Shown: positions 48,990 through 59,854, counted from the stretch's first letter. The stretch is 64,000 nt of DNA from an uncultured archaeon (GCA_963782915.1 CAWALK010000024.1:101969-165968); one strand, 5' to 3'. The notes: generated by a model from the letters alone, not told the origin. Numbers and translations are program-made.

Positions 48990-49794
48990 TTGAGGCTGTA
49001 TATTTTAGACAATGGTTGGCTTGAGGGTGACGCTAACTGGATAGTGGCAATGTCTGTCGTTGGTACGCTTGAAAACAAGACACCGCCTATAAAATGGATC
49101 AAAATACCAGCATATTGCGTTCTTATCGACCGACCGGAAGGAAAAATCCTCTATGATACCGGCTGCCATCCAGAAGCAATGAATGGGTATTGGCCCACCG
49201 GGATTAAAATCGATTTTTCCATATTACTATAATGACAATCAGCTTTTGGCAAAACAACTTGAGTTAGCAAATACCACTCCTGAAGAGATAAAAACAGTGA
49301 TTCTTTCCCATTTGCATCTAGACCACGCAGGAAACACCCACTTATTCAGACACACAAACCTCTACGTGCACAAAAAAGACTATGAATACGCAAAACAACT
49401 AGTGGACTCAAGCCCCAACCCAAACGATCACGAAGCATATGTCAAGGCTGATCTTGACATTCCCACTGACAAACTCAATTTAGTAAACGACGACTATAAC
49501 CTAACGGATGATATCCAACTTATCTCGTTGCCAGGTCACACCCCTGGCATTCTGGGCTTAATAGTACACCTCGAAAAGGAGGGCACCCTAATTTTTCCCG
49601 CAGACGCCCTCTACACCCAAGAAAACTACGGTCCACCAACAAAAATGTCAGGAATAGTATATGACAGCGTTTCCTTCAGAGCATCCATCGAAAAAATTAG
49701 GGCTCTACAGAAAAAATTTAACGCAAAAATCATGTTTTCCCATGACTTACCCTTTTTTAAGACCATGAAACTAGCGCCACAATATTATAGTTAG
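48990..49794 (+). CDS. N-acyl-homoserine-lactonase-like metallo-beta-lactamase-fold hydrolase; frameshift near 49198
   Basis: LYDTG, SHLHLDHAG, PGHTPG, ADALY, FSHD. Confidence 0.85.
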
Positions 49795-49814
49795 GTTTTG
49801 GTGTGAGAAGAGTT

Positions 49815-49893
49815 TGGTGCGGTCGCCGGGATTCGAACCCGGGATCATTAGCTTGGAAGGCTAAAGTCCTAAACCAGACTAGACGACGGCCGC
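49815..49893 (-). tRNA. tRNA-Gly(TCC), CCA encoded
   Basis: GCGGCCG/CGACCGC acceptor, TTAGC-CTTCCAA-GCTAA anticodon arm, GGTTCGAATCC, ACCA end. Confidence 0.96.
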
Positions 49894-50168
49894 ATGCATT
49901 TTGCTGATTAAGGCTATTTTCAGGTTTTACTAGGTAATTATCTTTGTGAACTTGAATCATTGTTTTAGTTGTAGAGAGATAGATTGTGTTTTTAATAAAT
50001 CTTTCAGAGAATCTGTGCTTAGCGGATGGTATTCAAACTCTAGCTGCATTCTTCCTGTAAATAGTGCCGTGCCTGATAAGATAGCTCACCATTGGACCTG
50101 AAGAACAAGTGTATTAAGGAAACTTTACCACAAACTTTGCATTCTGAGTGTATGCATTTAATCTTCAT
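49852..50168 (-). pseudogene. Probable N-terminal integrase fragment (Int-N), frameshifted
   Basis: MKIKCIHSECKVCGK...ARHY / EFEYH... / MIQVHKDNYL...CGRRLVWFRTLAFQ running into the att repeat. Confidence 0.6.
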
Positions 50169-50421
50169 ACTAAGATTTCCTTTTACTTGGAGCTCTACAG
50201 TGTGGTCAACTTTGGATATAAAGAACGCTCCAGAACTGTTCTTTAGGGGTTATATGCTTAATTTTAGGGCATAATGAGTGAATATACTATAACTATTACT
50301 TCTGTACGGAACAGTTTTGAAATATACATTCTATAAAAAAGAAAGAAGATATATGATACATATTCACTATTGAAAGCAAAAACTAAAAGGCAATGCGCAT
50401 ATCCTCAATTGAAGGGTAAAG

Positions 50422-50719
50422 ATGGATACGAAGGCTAAATTGACCAACGCTCTCAATACCAATAAATGGTTAAGGCGTTTAGTGTTTATCTTAATTAGTT
50501 TCATTTTAGGTATGTATGGAGCAATTTCAAATCCCAACTATATTTATGGAAGTCTTGTGTTTTTTTACCATTACAGCTTTTTCAACCATTTATCTGCTAA
50601 TTCTGTTCTTTGAAGGTCATGGGAAAAAAATAGCGCATGTTCTTATTCTGGGAGTATACATTAAAAAAATACTTAATCATAACTTATTTCTTCTTTTATT
50701 TTCATCAGCTCTTCAATGA
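50422..50719 (+). CDS. Small hydrophobic cargo ORF, probably frameshifted
   Basis: Two overlapping hydrophobic ORFs 50422-50613 and 50516-50719. Confidence 0.35.
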
Positions 50720-50856
50720 CAGTGGTATTACCTTTTATTCTGCGCTTAAAATCCTCAAACATCTCTGCGTTGATACCTTTATCCGTTAGATGCTTTTGAA
50801 GTAAAATTGCAGGAGATTCTTCTCTGCCGTGCACAATGAATAGCTTTGTTTTTCAT
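50673..50856 (-). pseudogene. Truncated TIR-like nucleotide-binding domain
   Basis: KTKLFIVHGREE...GNTTVIEEL; FIVHG and G-x-T-x-IE motifs; stops after ~60 aa. Confidence 0.6.
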
Positions 50857-51093
50857 TCAATCGGTAATTGATAGATTACTTAGCAAATAATTTGATTATC
50901 TGGTTCCTATAATAGGGGTCTTTTGGAAAACTATCATCCTTTATAGATACCTATTTGTTTAATCTTTTGTGTGTACTTTCAGGGAGTTAACAATATAGTG
51001 CTTTCATAACAATGACAAGTTTGTGATTACTAAGTGAGACAACAAATTTTCATATATTACTAGCAATATAGTATGGTTATACCAAGCGGTTGA

Positions 51094-51276
51094 GTGTCTA
51101 GCTTTTTGCTAATTTGTTGTAAATGTGGAAGGAAGCTACGCAAGCCTATAAGAAAACTTGAGAATTCAGTCTTTATTGCTGAACTATATAAATGCAGAAA
51201 TTGTAGAGCAATTTACAAAGAAGCACATTATAGCAATAAGATACTTGAAAATGGAACACTTACTGTGTGTTGTTAG
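51094..51276 (+). CDS. Small Zn-ribbon-like protein (element cargo)
   Basis: CCKCG...CRNC. Confidence 0.45.
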   Translation: MSSFLLICCKCGRKLRKPIRKLENSVFIAELYKCRNCRAIYKEAHYSNKILENGTLTVCC

Positions 51277-51304
51277 GTAAAGATAGTGCCTACAGAATAC
51301 TATC

Positions 51305-51589
51305 TTAGAGTCTCTTCCTTGTAGTATCATTTTGCCAATCCTTTTTTAGTTTCCTCAAGCTGTAACGTCCCTTGATACTTCTTGAAAGCTCCCAAATACA
51401 GTTCGCACTATCCATAAAAGCAACACATTCACCCTTCTCTAAATTAATCACAAGCATCTTATCATTATCATAAAGTTCCTTCTTTGAGCCTTCAATGCCA
51501 AGTAATGCTTTGAATGCTAATCCAACTTTACCCTCAAGGTCTTTAACCCTAACTGGAGATTTTATATTAACCATTTTCTCATGCTCCAT
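51305..51589 (-). CDS. Hypothetical protein (element cargo)
   Basis: 94-aa ORF, no recognised motif. Confidence 0.45.
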   Translation of the reverse strand: MEHEKMVNIKSPVRVKDLEGKVGLAFKALLGIEGSKKELYDNDKMLVINLEKGECVAFMDSANCIWELSRSIKGRYSLRKLKKDWQNDTTRKRL

Positions 51590-51870
51590 CTGAAAAGTGT
51601 TTCAATACGGAAGAAAGTAACCTGAATTCAAGTAAGCACGCAGTAAAGAATTTTTTTACCATAACTTTCAACATAGCGTATTTTTCTTAAAAGGTAAGTG
51701 TTAGAACTACCATTTGGATGCGGGGAGAGTTCATTGAATGTAATCTTTTGGCTTTAACCTTTTAAGTGCTAACTTAGGTCTTACGTCACAGTATCCTTCT
51801 AGATACTTTTTCGTTCTTGACCCTCCAAGCAGACTGGTACAAGAAAACTTGGATATAAAATATGAGGACA

Positions 51871-52773
51871 TCAATTACAATGGGTCACAAGTTTATGCTC
51901 TGTAAGTAAATTCTCAAAGTCTGTAAGCAATAATATTGTGTTATGTGCTAGCTCCTTTGGATTCTCCTTGAGGTAAAATTGCGTGAAGACTGTCCTCTCA
52001 ACCCTCCCTTGAAGTAATGAGATTAGTTCTTGCATTAGCCCTAACTTGCGCATATTGGTAGCATAGAATTGCCTTAGCTCTTTGAATCTTTGAGGCAACT
52101 TGTTTCTAATCAGCTTCTTGCGTATTGAAGCTAAACTAATTGTACCTTCTGTGTTTGCTATCTGCTGGATTAACTCATAAGGCATAGCTGAAACATAGAG
52201 GTTCTTGGTACCACGAAGATACTGCTTATATCTGAAATGCTCAAGCATCAAAGTTTCAGTATTATAGTACTCCTCAAGTTTACCAGCTTTTGCCATCTCT
52301 CTGATTTTATCAAATGCCATCTTTGCTTCTGTTTTACGCACTCCACTTCAGGGCAAGAAATCTTAGGTATAGCCTTTCATTATCGTTAAAGATTGCAGAG
52401 GCTTGCTGATACCATTCTGGTAAGCCCTTTAGATTGTTGCCATTTAATAATCTTACAAAGGCGGTTAGGCTGTCATTGTTGTTTGCCCATTTTATTCCAT
52501 GATTCTTTATGGCTGATTTGTACACTTCATAGTTTCCCAAGTATTTGGAGAGGGTTATCATTGATTTCAAAACATTACTGCGTATGGTAGTAGGTATAGC
52601 AAGAAGTTCTGTTGGGTTATCATAACATTGGCTGTACTTTAGAAGATAGTTGAATTGAATCTCTGCATAGACATGGGAATACTTTGAGAAGAGGTATTGT
52701 TTGTATTTCTGTGGGTCAAAATTCTTTTGGTCTTGGAAGGCTAAAGTCCTAAACCAGACTAGACGACGGCCGC
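51871..52773 (-). CDS. Tyrosine recombinase C-terminal fragment (Int-C, SSV-type); frameshift near 52345
   Basis: SGVRKTE (restored), KELRQFYAT, LLQGR, terminal Y (QFY). Confidence 0.85.
52732..52773 (-). repeat. att site: duplicated 5' half of tRNA-Gly through the anticodon loop
   Basis: 42/42 identity to 49852-49893. Confidence 0.95.
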
Positions 52774-52831
52774 GCTGGAATAGTCCATATCCTCTGAGAA
52801 ATTTAAGGTTATCTGGACGCCACATTTAGGG

Positions 52832-53161
52832 TTATCTTGGAGATTCGGCGGTTGGCTGCATTTTGTATTCTACTACTTCGTAGTCGCTTCGCTGTGGTGG
52901 CTGTTCCATGAATTCCTGGGTGCCTTTGACGAATACGGAGAGTGCCGGGTTGGTTGGATTGTAGAATTGGGTCATTTGCTCTTTGGTTTCCCAAAGCGTT
53001 AACACAATCATTTCCTGCGGGTCACCCAAATTATCCAAAACCAAGAAGCCTTTGGGCCGATTTGCTTCGGTGTCAAGGGAACCTAAAAATTTTAGGAGCA
53101 ATGTTTTGTTTTTTTCTTGCATTCCCGCTTTAGAGCGTACTCTGTTGAGTTTTGCAAACAA
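52832..53161 (-). CDS. ABM-like (dimeric alpha-beta barrel) protein
   Basis: PKGF...IVLTLWETKE...PPQRSDYEV. Confidence 0.7.
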   Translation of the reverse strand: MFAKLNRVRSKAGMQEKNKTLLLKFLGSLDTEANRPKGFLVLDNLGDPQEMIVLTLWETKEQMTQFYNPTNPALSVFVKGTQEFMEQPPQRSDYEVVEYKMQPTAESPR

Positions 53162-53288
53162 AAAATCACCAATTCAACATAGGAAACATGGGTTTTTAAA
53201 CTTTCGAATTCAAACTGTCAGATGGTGGATATTCCAATCTTGAATGGAAGAGTATATCTTTGTCTCGAACCATGCTTCTTTGATTTGA

Positions 53289-53630
53289 ATGAGTTCAGAC
53301 AAAGCACCCGCCAAAGCTACCAAAGAACCCAAAGCAGAGAAACCAGTAGAACCAAAAAAAGACCTCCATAAAGTCGCTGGCAGCCGAATGAAAATACTCA
53401 CCAAAGACGCCAAACAAATGGTAAACGGACCCTACTACTGCCCAAAATGCCGCAAAGAACTCCTGAGAATCTACGCAGACACCAAAAACAAAAAAGCTTA
53501 CGCTGTCTGCAAATGCGAATTAGAATGGGAACTAACTTATGCACCGGTTTTCCAGCCCATTGATTACTATAATAAGTTCCGTGATGCCTGGAAGAAGCAG
53601 AGCTATGGCATTATAAAACAACAAAAATAA
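53289..53630 (+). CDS. Elf1-like Zn-ribbon transcription elongation factor
   Basis: YCPKC...VCKC...PIDYYNKFRD. Confidence 0.65.
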   Translation: MSSDKAPAKATKEPKAEKPVEPKKDLHKVAGSRMKILTKDAKQMVNGPYYCPKCRKELLRIYADTKNKKAYAVCKCELEWELTYAPVFQPIDYYNKFRDAWKKQSYGIIKQQK

Positions 53631-53728
53631 CTAAAAATCCATTTTATCAGTCTTCTATTTTTGAAGCGCTAACAAACCAATTCGCCTATAAATCTCCATA
53701 GCCGTATTTGGTAAGCTGAGGGGAAGGT

Positions 53729-54181
53729 TTGGGCGAAGAGAAACTAGAATTCAAACGCCGTTTTCTTGTTTTAGGTAACCTTGGGCTTCTCGCATGGATT
53801 TTTCTAGCTTCAGCATGCGCGTTATTTTACAATCAACTCTACGGTTGGGGGTACCTTCTCTTTTTGGTTTTCATGGTTTATGGTATTCTACGCAGGTTTG
53901 GGTGCAGTAGTTGCTATAAATGCAAAGCATGCACAGGCGGCTTTGGCAGGTTAGCGGGAGATTTCTTTGGCAGGGGATTTGTGAAGAAGGAGAGTGTGGG
54001 GAACAGGTTGGGTTTGGTTGTTTTCATGTATGTTTTGTTGTTGCCTGTTCCAGTGGCGCTGCTGTCGTTATCGCGTAATGGGTTTTCTTATGTTGGCGTG
54101 TTTGTACTGGTGGCGCTTTTGGCAATATCAGTTTATAGCTTGGCAACTTGGTTCAACCGTGCGGTAGTAAAAAAGATGTAA
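53729..54181 (+). CDS. 4-TM membrane protein with Cys cluster
   Basis: CSSCYKCKACTGGFG between TM2 and TM3. Confidence 0.72.
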   Translation: MGEEKLEFKRRFLVLGNLGLLAWIFLASACALFYNQLYGWGYLLFLVFMVYGILRRFGCSSCYKCKACTGGFGRLAGDFFGRGFVKKESVGNRLGLVVFMYVLLLPVPVALLSLSRNGFSYVGVFVLVALLAISVYSLATWFNRAVVKKM

Positions 54182-54235
54182 TTTGGGAGAACTTTTAAAC
54201 ATAAGACCGCCAATCAGTACGTTACCGAATGGTCA

Positions 54236-55345
54236 TTGGTTATGCCTCAGCTCAAACATAGGCAACAAAAAATCTTAATCATCATCTCATTAGCCCTAAT
54301 CATAACCACACCCCTTTTCGCCATCCATCCAGTAACCGCCCAAAGCACTGACTACATCGAAAAAAGCTTCAGTTGGGACTACGAAGGAAAACACTGGAAC
54401 TGGAACCTAAGCATACCCAACGCACTCTACCAAGCCTACAAGTCAGTGCCAGTATCCACTCGCACACACGATGGACCAGGCGGCTACGGTTACCTCACAA
54501 CAACCCAAGACTACTACATGATCACTTTAGCTAACAAACTAAACCAAACCGCAACCAACCAGGGCTACAACTCCTACGATAAAGTAAGCTTCGTCTTAGC
54601 CTTCGTACAAAGCCTACAATACACCTCAGACAACGTTACCGAAGGATACAACGAATACCCAAGATTCCCCATAGAAACCTTGGTCGATGACGGCGGAGAC
54701 TGCGAAGACACAGCCATACTCTTTGCAACTATCACAATAATCATGGGTTATGGGACAGTCTACATTAACCCACCAAACCATTACGCCGTGGGCATATTAG
54801 GCAACAACCTCTATGGCACCTACTGGGAGCATCCTCAAGACTCGAATAGAACATTCTATTACTGTGAGACTACTGGCAACGGCTTCAAGATTGGGCAGTT
54901 GCCAGATGAATTCAAGGGCCAGAGTGCGTCGATTTATGATATTGATGAAAGGGACCAATATGTTCCTGACATAGTGATTGTTCCAACTGCTGAACCGACC
55001 GCAACCAATGCACCTTTAACATCATCTGCGCCGTCGGTTGCTCCGACGCTTGATGTTGCAGACCCAACAACACAGCCACCGCTGGAATTATCATTTAATC
55101 TTATTTTCCAAAACCCCCTGCTATTCGTACTTATCATCTTCGCTATTGTTGTTTCAATCGCGTTAGCGATTATGTCTGCTAGAAAACCTAAAACCCACAG
55201 CACACCTGAATCTGAATCTCTGCCACCGCCACCCACACAAGAAGCAGCCTCACCAACTGAAGCTAACAAATTCTGTATCTACTGCGGCTCGGGCAACAAA
55301 GCGCAAGCGGCTTACTGTGTGAATTGCGGCAAACAAATCAACTAA
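54236..55345 (+). CDS. Secreted transglutaminase-like protein with TM anchor and cytoplasmic Zn ribbon
   Basis: FVQSLQY, YPRFPIETL, GDCED, H, ETT; FCIYCG...YCVNCG. Confidence 0.82.
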   Translation: MVMPQLKHRQQKILIIISLALIITTPLFAIHPVTAQSTDYIEKSFSWDYEGKHWNWNLSIPNALYQAYKSVPVSTRTHDGPGGYGYLTTTQDYYMITLANKLNQTATNQGYNSYDKVSFVLAFVQSLQYTSDNVTEGYNEYPRFPIETLVDDGGDCEDTAILFATITIIMGYGTVYINPPNHYAVGILGNNLYGTYWEHPQDSNRTFYYCETTGNGFKIGQLPDEFKGQSASIYDIDERDQYVPDIVIVPTAEPTATNAPLTSSAPSVAPTLDVADPTTQPPLELSFNLIFQNPLLFVLIIFAIVVSIALAIMSARKPKTHSTPESESLPPPPTQEAASPTEANKFCIYCGSGNKAQAAYCVNCGKQIN

Positions 55346-55869
55346 ATTAGCCCTTTTAGGATTTCTTCAGTGAATAACTCTATTTTGGCTTTGGCATTAA
55401 AGTAAATCCCAATCTCCAAGGCTATAACAACAGAAAGAAACACGGCTAAACCCAACGCTAAATTCACAAAGGTTTCTCCAGCCGAAAACTTGACCGTATC
55501 TCCAGTGGTGATTATCCAACTCCAGAAGCGGGGGTTGCCGTCAACCATGAATGCACTTAAATCTGCAGCCATCCACACGCAGATCGCTGTGAGGACAAGG
55601 GCTAAGACGCAGCCGATGATGGTGATGTTTTTCCAGTCAGAAGCCAACTTGGACGAAAATTTAATGTTTGTTTTTTCTTCAGCCGCTTCGAGGGTTATGT
55701 TGATGGTCTTTTTGGCTGTTATGGGTGATATTCCCCAAAGCGAACCCTGCTTAACCACAAGTCCAGTCGGCTCCATCTCTGAAGCGACTGTAGCGCCCTT
55801 TTGGGCTAGTGTGGTTTTGAGTTTGGCGTATGCTTCTTCGATTTTTAGGTTAACTGTGCGCTCTGGCAA
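55342..55869 (-). CDS. Hypothetical 2-TM membrane protein
   Basis: 175-aa ORF; QGSLWGISP; two hydrophobic helices. Confidence 0.7.
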   Translation of the reverse strand: MPERTVNLKIEEAYAKLKTTLAQKGATVASEMEPTGLVVKQGSLWGISPITAKKTINITLEAAEEKTNIKFSSKLASDWKNITIIGCVLALVLTAICVWMAADLSAFMVDGNPRFWSWIITTGDTVKFSAGETFVNLALGLAVFLSVVIALEIGIYFNAKAKIELFTEEILKGLI

Positions 55870-55900
55870 AGGATATCCTGCATCATAGAGGACTTGGGGG

Positions 55901-56554
55901 TTATTGTGGTTTATTCTTTGTCAAGCGACTTCGATTTTGAGGTCGTCCCTTTAAGCCTCTGATTGGTTGCTGAGCGTTTCGTTGACGCTCCAAATTTAAA
56001 ATCCGTGCATAGAGTTTTGATGCTTTGGTGTTAGAGGGCACTTTGGACCGCAATGGACGCACGGGTACAGGTGTGAAAGGTTGGGTGATTTCGAGTTTTT
56101 TCTTTTTGGGCTGCCTTGGCAGTTTACGGACTTTCTTGAATGTGACGGTGCCTTCTTTAAAGTTGACGTCTTGGACTTCCCAGCCTGCATTCAGCCATGC
56201 TTTTGCATGTATGCTTGAGGATGAGTTGCTCCACCAGAGGGGGTCTCGGTAAGCTGCCATTGGGAGGTTGGTGCCGATTAAGCCGTCGATGCGGGCAAAT
56301 TTGAGGGTGACGAGGTCGGTGAAGGCTGCGCGGAATTTAAGGTGCCCTTCCAAGCCGACGTATGGGGAAACTGGTTTTTGGTGAGACGATGCGTCTGGCG
56401 CAGTGAAGGCACAGCATCGCCATGGGTCGCCTGTGGCTACGTCGGGGGTCATGCAGTCGCGGCAATACAGTTTTTTGCAGCGTTGGCACTGCTTCATGTA
56501 AGTGGTTCGCATAACTCTGCCGCAGATTCCACATTCATCCTTCAAACCTTTCAC
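55901..56554 (-). CDS. Zn-finger-containing hypothetical protein (compensating frameshifts around 56380-56425)
   Basis: CGICG, CQRC, CRDC, and LCLHC in the alternate frame; WWSN...HAKAWLNAGW domain. Confidence 0.7.
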   Translation of the reverse strand: MKGLKDECGICGRVMRTTYMKQCQRCKKLYCRDCMTPDVATGDPWRCCAFTAPDASSHQKPVSPYVGLEGHLKFRAAFTDLVTLKFARIDGLIGTNLPMAAYRDPLWWSNSSSSIHAKAWLNAGWEVQDVNFKEGTVTFKKVRKLPRQPKKKKLEITQPFTPVPVRPLRSKVPSNTKASKLYARILNLERQRNAQQPIRGLKGRPQNRSRLTKNKPQ

Positions 56555-56594
56555 CTAGAACTGAGACTGTATCTTCATGGGTTTTTTGGCAATA

Positions 56595-58134
56595 TTAATT
56601 TTCAGTAGCCAAACCTTGGTTTTTGCCTGAATTTCTATGCGTTAACTGTTTTAGTGAACCCATAATTTCTTTCCAAACTAACCCGATGAGTTCCCTAGCC
56701 GTTTCATCAATAACTAACACTATGACGCAGTACAATGCGAAGCCAGCGACGGTTTTTGCTATCGTTGCCAGAAGCGTTGATGTTGCTGGGACAAAATAGA
56801 GCACTAAACCCATGATTAGGGCAGCGAAGATGTATTTGGCTAAACTTTTCCAAGCAATCGGAACATGAATGATACGCCTTGTCACGAAAGCCAAACCCAT
56901 GAAGGTGCCCAAATGCACCAAAATCAAAACAGCTACAACCGCAACGGCTGTTATTACGGGCCCATCAACTGGAAGCTCAGTGAGCACAAAGTATGTGACT
57001 GGCAGGGCGATGGCGGCTTGGAGGTAGGGGATGCTGAATAACTTGAAGACCTTGCTTTTAACTAAGTCTTTTAGGCGGATTTGGCCTGCTGCATCAAAAG
57101 CTTCAGAACCCATTATGACAGCCGTGTAAAACGTGGTTAGCATCACTATGAGGGTGTCAACTGTTAAGATTATCAGCACTGGCCAAGCGGGAGTATAGAT
57201 GACGTTTAGAACGGTTAGGAATGCAACTGCCATAACCATCGTTAACGTAGCCAATGGAATCGCCAGCATCAGGACAGTTTTTAGTGATAAACCGACTTCT
57301 TCTTTTGAGCATGCATTCGATAACAGTTTAGGATACAAGGAAACCGCCAAGGAGGATGCATATCCGACGATTGTTGTGAAGCTCAATGCTGCTTGGTAGT
57401 AGGCTCTTGCTTCCGTTCCCCCATACAGGTAGAGCAGGATGAAGACGAAAGAGAGCAGTTGTACGCCAGCGACGTTGTAGAGCAGTACTGGGGAGCTTTT
57501 GAGCCACTGCTTAAGGTAGCTCCAATTGATGTGTTCTTTGAAGTAGCGGCGCAGCAGGTAAGTGTAGTAGACTGTTTGGGCTGCAGGCGCAATGACTAAT
57601 GCGAGTATGGCTCCGAGGAATACTTGTTTGAAACCCTAAAATGAGCACTAAGGCGACGACGACTTTGACGATTTCTTGGATGATGAATCCATAGCCTGTG
57701 GCGTGCGGTTTAGTAGCGGTTAAGGCGGCTTCAAAGATGCTGATGAGATAGATTGTTAGGACGTTGAAGCCTGCGAGAAGATAGATGGGCAGGTACTGGG
57801 TGGTTCCTATGGCGTTAGAAATAAAATAGATAACTGGCAAATAAGCCAACGTAGCTATTAATCCGATGAAGAGTTGGCTAACTGACCCCGTTACTATAGC
57901 GCTTTCTTTGTCTCTTGCGGTGAAGCGTGTAACCCAAAACGGCAGGATACCGCTGACTAGGATGAAGTAGGGTGTATAGTCGAAGATGTTAGTCCAGATG
58001 CCAAATTCATCCGCCGTCATACTTCGGGTAAGCAGGAGTGTGAAGATGAGGCCTGTAATTACGCCTAGCAGCTGCGTCGTGAAAACGATTAATCCACTGT
58101 ATCTTAACCGTAAGTTGTTGCCGTTTTTCCCCAA
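56595..58134 (-). CDS. Polysaccharide flippase/MOP-superfamily transporter, frameshifted
   Basis: LLLTRSMTADEFGIW; many TM helices over several frames; SLYPKLL. Confidence 0.8.
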
Positions 58135-58252
58135 AGCTGGTTCCTGCTAAGCTTATGTTTAATGTATGCGTTGCTATGCCCTTAAAAAATAGTTACCCAA
58201 ATCAAACCCAAATAAGCCAGAAAACAAAGGAAAAAGAAAATTAGGGCTTACT

Positions 58253-59734
58253 TTAGCCTTTAACGACTGCTAAAGGTGTAAGCCGTGCCACTTTGGTGGC
58301 GATGCCGAGTTGGTGGCTGACTTCCGCAACCATATCCACGTTCTTATACGCTGGATCAGCTTCCTCAGCCAACACCGATGCGCTGGCTGCACGAACAGAG
58401 ATGCCGCGTTTTTCGAGGCTGGTTTTGATGTCTCCGCCCCAGAATTGACGTTTCGCTGCGCTGCGGCTCATCATGCGTCCTGCGCCATGTGCGGTGGAGC
58501 CAAAGGTTAATTCCATGGCTTTCTGGGTGCCGACCAGTACCCATGAGCTGGTGCCCATGCTGCCTGGGATGAGGACTGGTTGGCCTTCGCTGCGGTAATC
58601 CTCTGGCACGTCGGGGTGGCCTGCTGGGAATGCTCGGGTTGCGCCTTTGCGGTGAACCCAAACCTTCTTCTGTACGCCATCGCCGACGTCATGGGTTTCA
58701 AGTTTAGCAATGTTGTGGGCAACGTCGTAAACAAGGTTTAACCCGAATTTTTCGGGGTCTTGGCCGTAGACTTGCTGGAAGCTCTGGCGCACCCAATGCA
58801 TAATCGCCTGCCGATTGCAGAAGGCGTAGTTGACGGCGCATGCCATGGCTTCGATGTAGTCTTTAGCTTCTTGGCTGTTGCCGGGTGCACAGGATAGTTC
58901 ACGGTCAGGTAAGCTGATGTGGTATTTTTCTACCGCGTGCTCCATGACTCGGAGGTAGTCGCTGCAGACTTGGTGGCCGTATCCGCGGCTGCCGCAGTGG
59001 ATCATTACGGTGACTTGTCCTTCATGGGTTAATCCGAAGGCTTTGGCTGTTTTGGGGTTGAAGATTTTGTCTACTTTTTGGATTTCTAGGAAGTGGTTGC
59101 CGCTGCCTAAGGTGCCGATTTGTGTTAAGCCTCTGCTTTTGGCTGTTTGGCTGACTTTGTCGGGGTTGGCGTTTTTCATGTGGCCGTTTTCTTCGCAGTG
59201 TTTTGCGTCTTGTGCCCAGCCTAATCCGCGGTCGATGAGGTATTGGACTCCTTCGACTGCTAGGGTGTCTAATTCGCGGTTGGATATGGTCAGGTCTTTT
59301 CTGCGGCTGCCCAATCCAGAGGGCACGTTGCGGAATATGGCTTCGGCTAAGGGTCCAAGTTTGGGTCGGATATCCTTGTCTGTTAAGGTGGTGGATAGGA
59401 GTCGGACTCCGCAGTTTATGTCGTAGCCGACGCCGCCGGGGCTAATGACGCCGTGTTCGTAGTCGGTTGCTGCGACGCCGCCGATGGGAAAACCGTAGCC
59501 TTCATGGCCATCCGGCAACGTAATCGCATACTTGTAAATTCCCGGAAGTTGCGCAACATTGCTGCATTGCCAAAGCGTGCGGTCAGTCTCCATCTTCTCC
59601 AACAACGCTTGATCAGCAAAAACCATCCCTGGAACCTGCATACCAGGCTTATACTTAGGAATCTGCCACATGTAATCGTTAACTTTCTCTAACGGAACCC
59701 GCTCAGGAGGGGCTCTACTTTCGTTTTCTCCCAA
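58253..59734 (-). CDS. rtcB: RNA-splicing ligase RtcB
   Basis: PDGHEGYGFPIG, GYDINCG, GSGNHFLE, HCGSRG, HNIAK, HRKGAT, HGAGR. Confidence 0.97.
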   Translation of the reverse strand: MGENESRAPPERVPLEKVNDYMWQIPKYKPGMQVPGMVFADQALLEKMETDRTLWQCSNVAQLPGIYKYAITLPDGHEGYGFPIGGVAATDYEHGVISPGGVGYDINCGVRLLSTTLTDKDIRPKLGPLAEAIFRNVPSGLGSRRKDLTISNRELDTLAVEGVQYLIDRGLGWAQDAKHCEENGHMKNANPDKVSQTAKSRGLTQIGTLGSGNHFLEIQKVDKIFNPKTAKAFGLTHEGQVTVMIHCGSRGYGHQVCSDYLRVMEHAVEKYHISLPDRELSCAPGNSQEAKDYIEAMACAVNYAFCNRQAIMHWVRQSFQQVYGQDPEKFGLNLVYDVAHNIAKLETHDVGDGVQKKVWVHRKGATRAFPAGHPDVPEDYRSEGQPVLIPGSMGTSSWVLVGTQKAMELTFGSTAHGAGRMMSRSAAKRQFWGGDIKTSLEKRGISVRAASASVLAEEADPAYKNVDMVAEVSHQLGIATKVARLTPLAVVKG

Positions 59735-59854
59735 AACCTTTTCACCTTGCACAAAAAAGAAACTGCGGTTAGTTAAATGTTTATGATTTTTATTGCTATC
59801 GCAACTTCAGCCCTGCTTCTAAAATAATGTAGTTTTTCTTGTAATGCAGGTCAG

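Larger units (their letters stand above)
49852..52773. mobile_element. 2.88-kb AT-rich integrated element with split SSV-type integrase in tRNA-Gly
   Basis: Exact 42-bp direct repeats 49852-49893 and 52732-52773; integrase fragments read through both repeats in the same frame. Confidence 0.9.
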
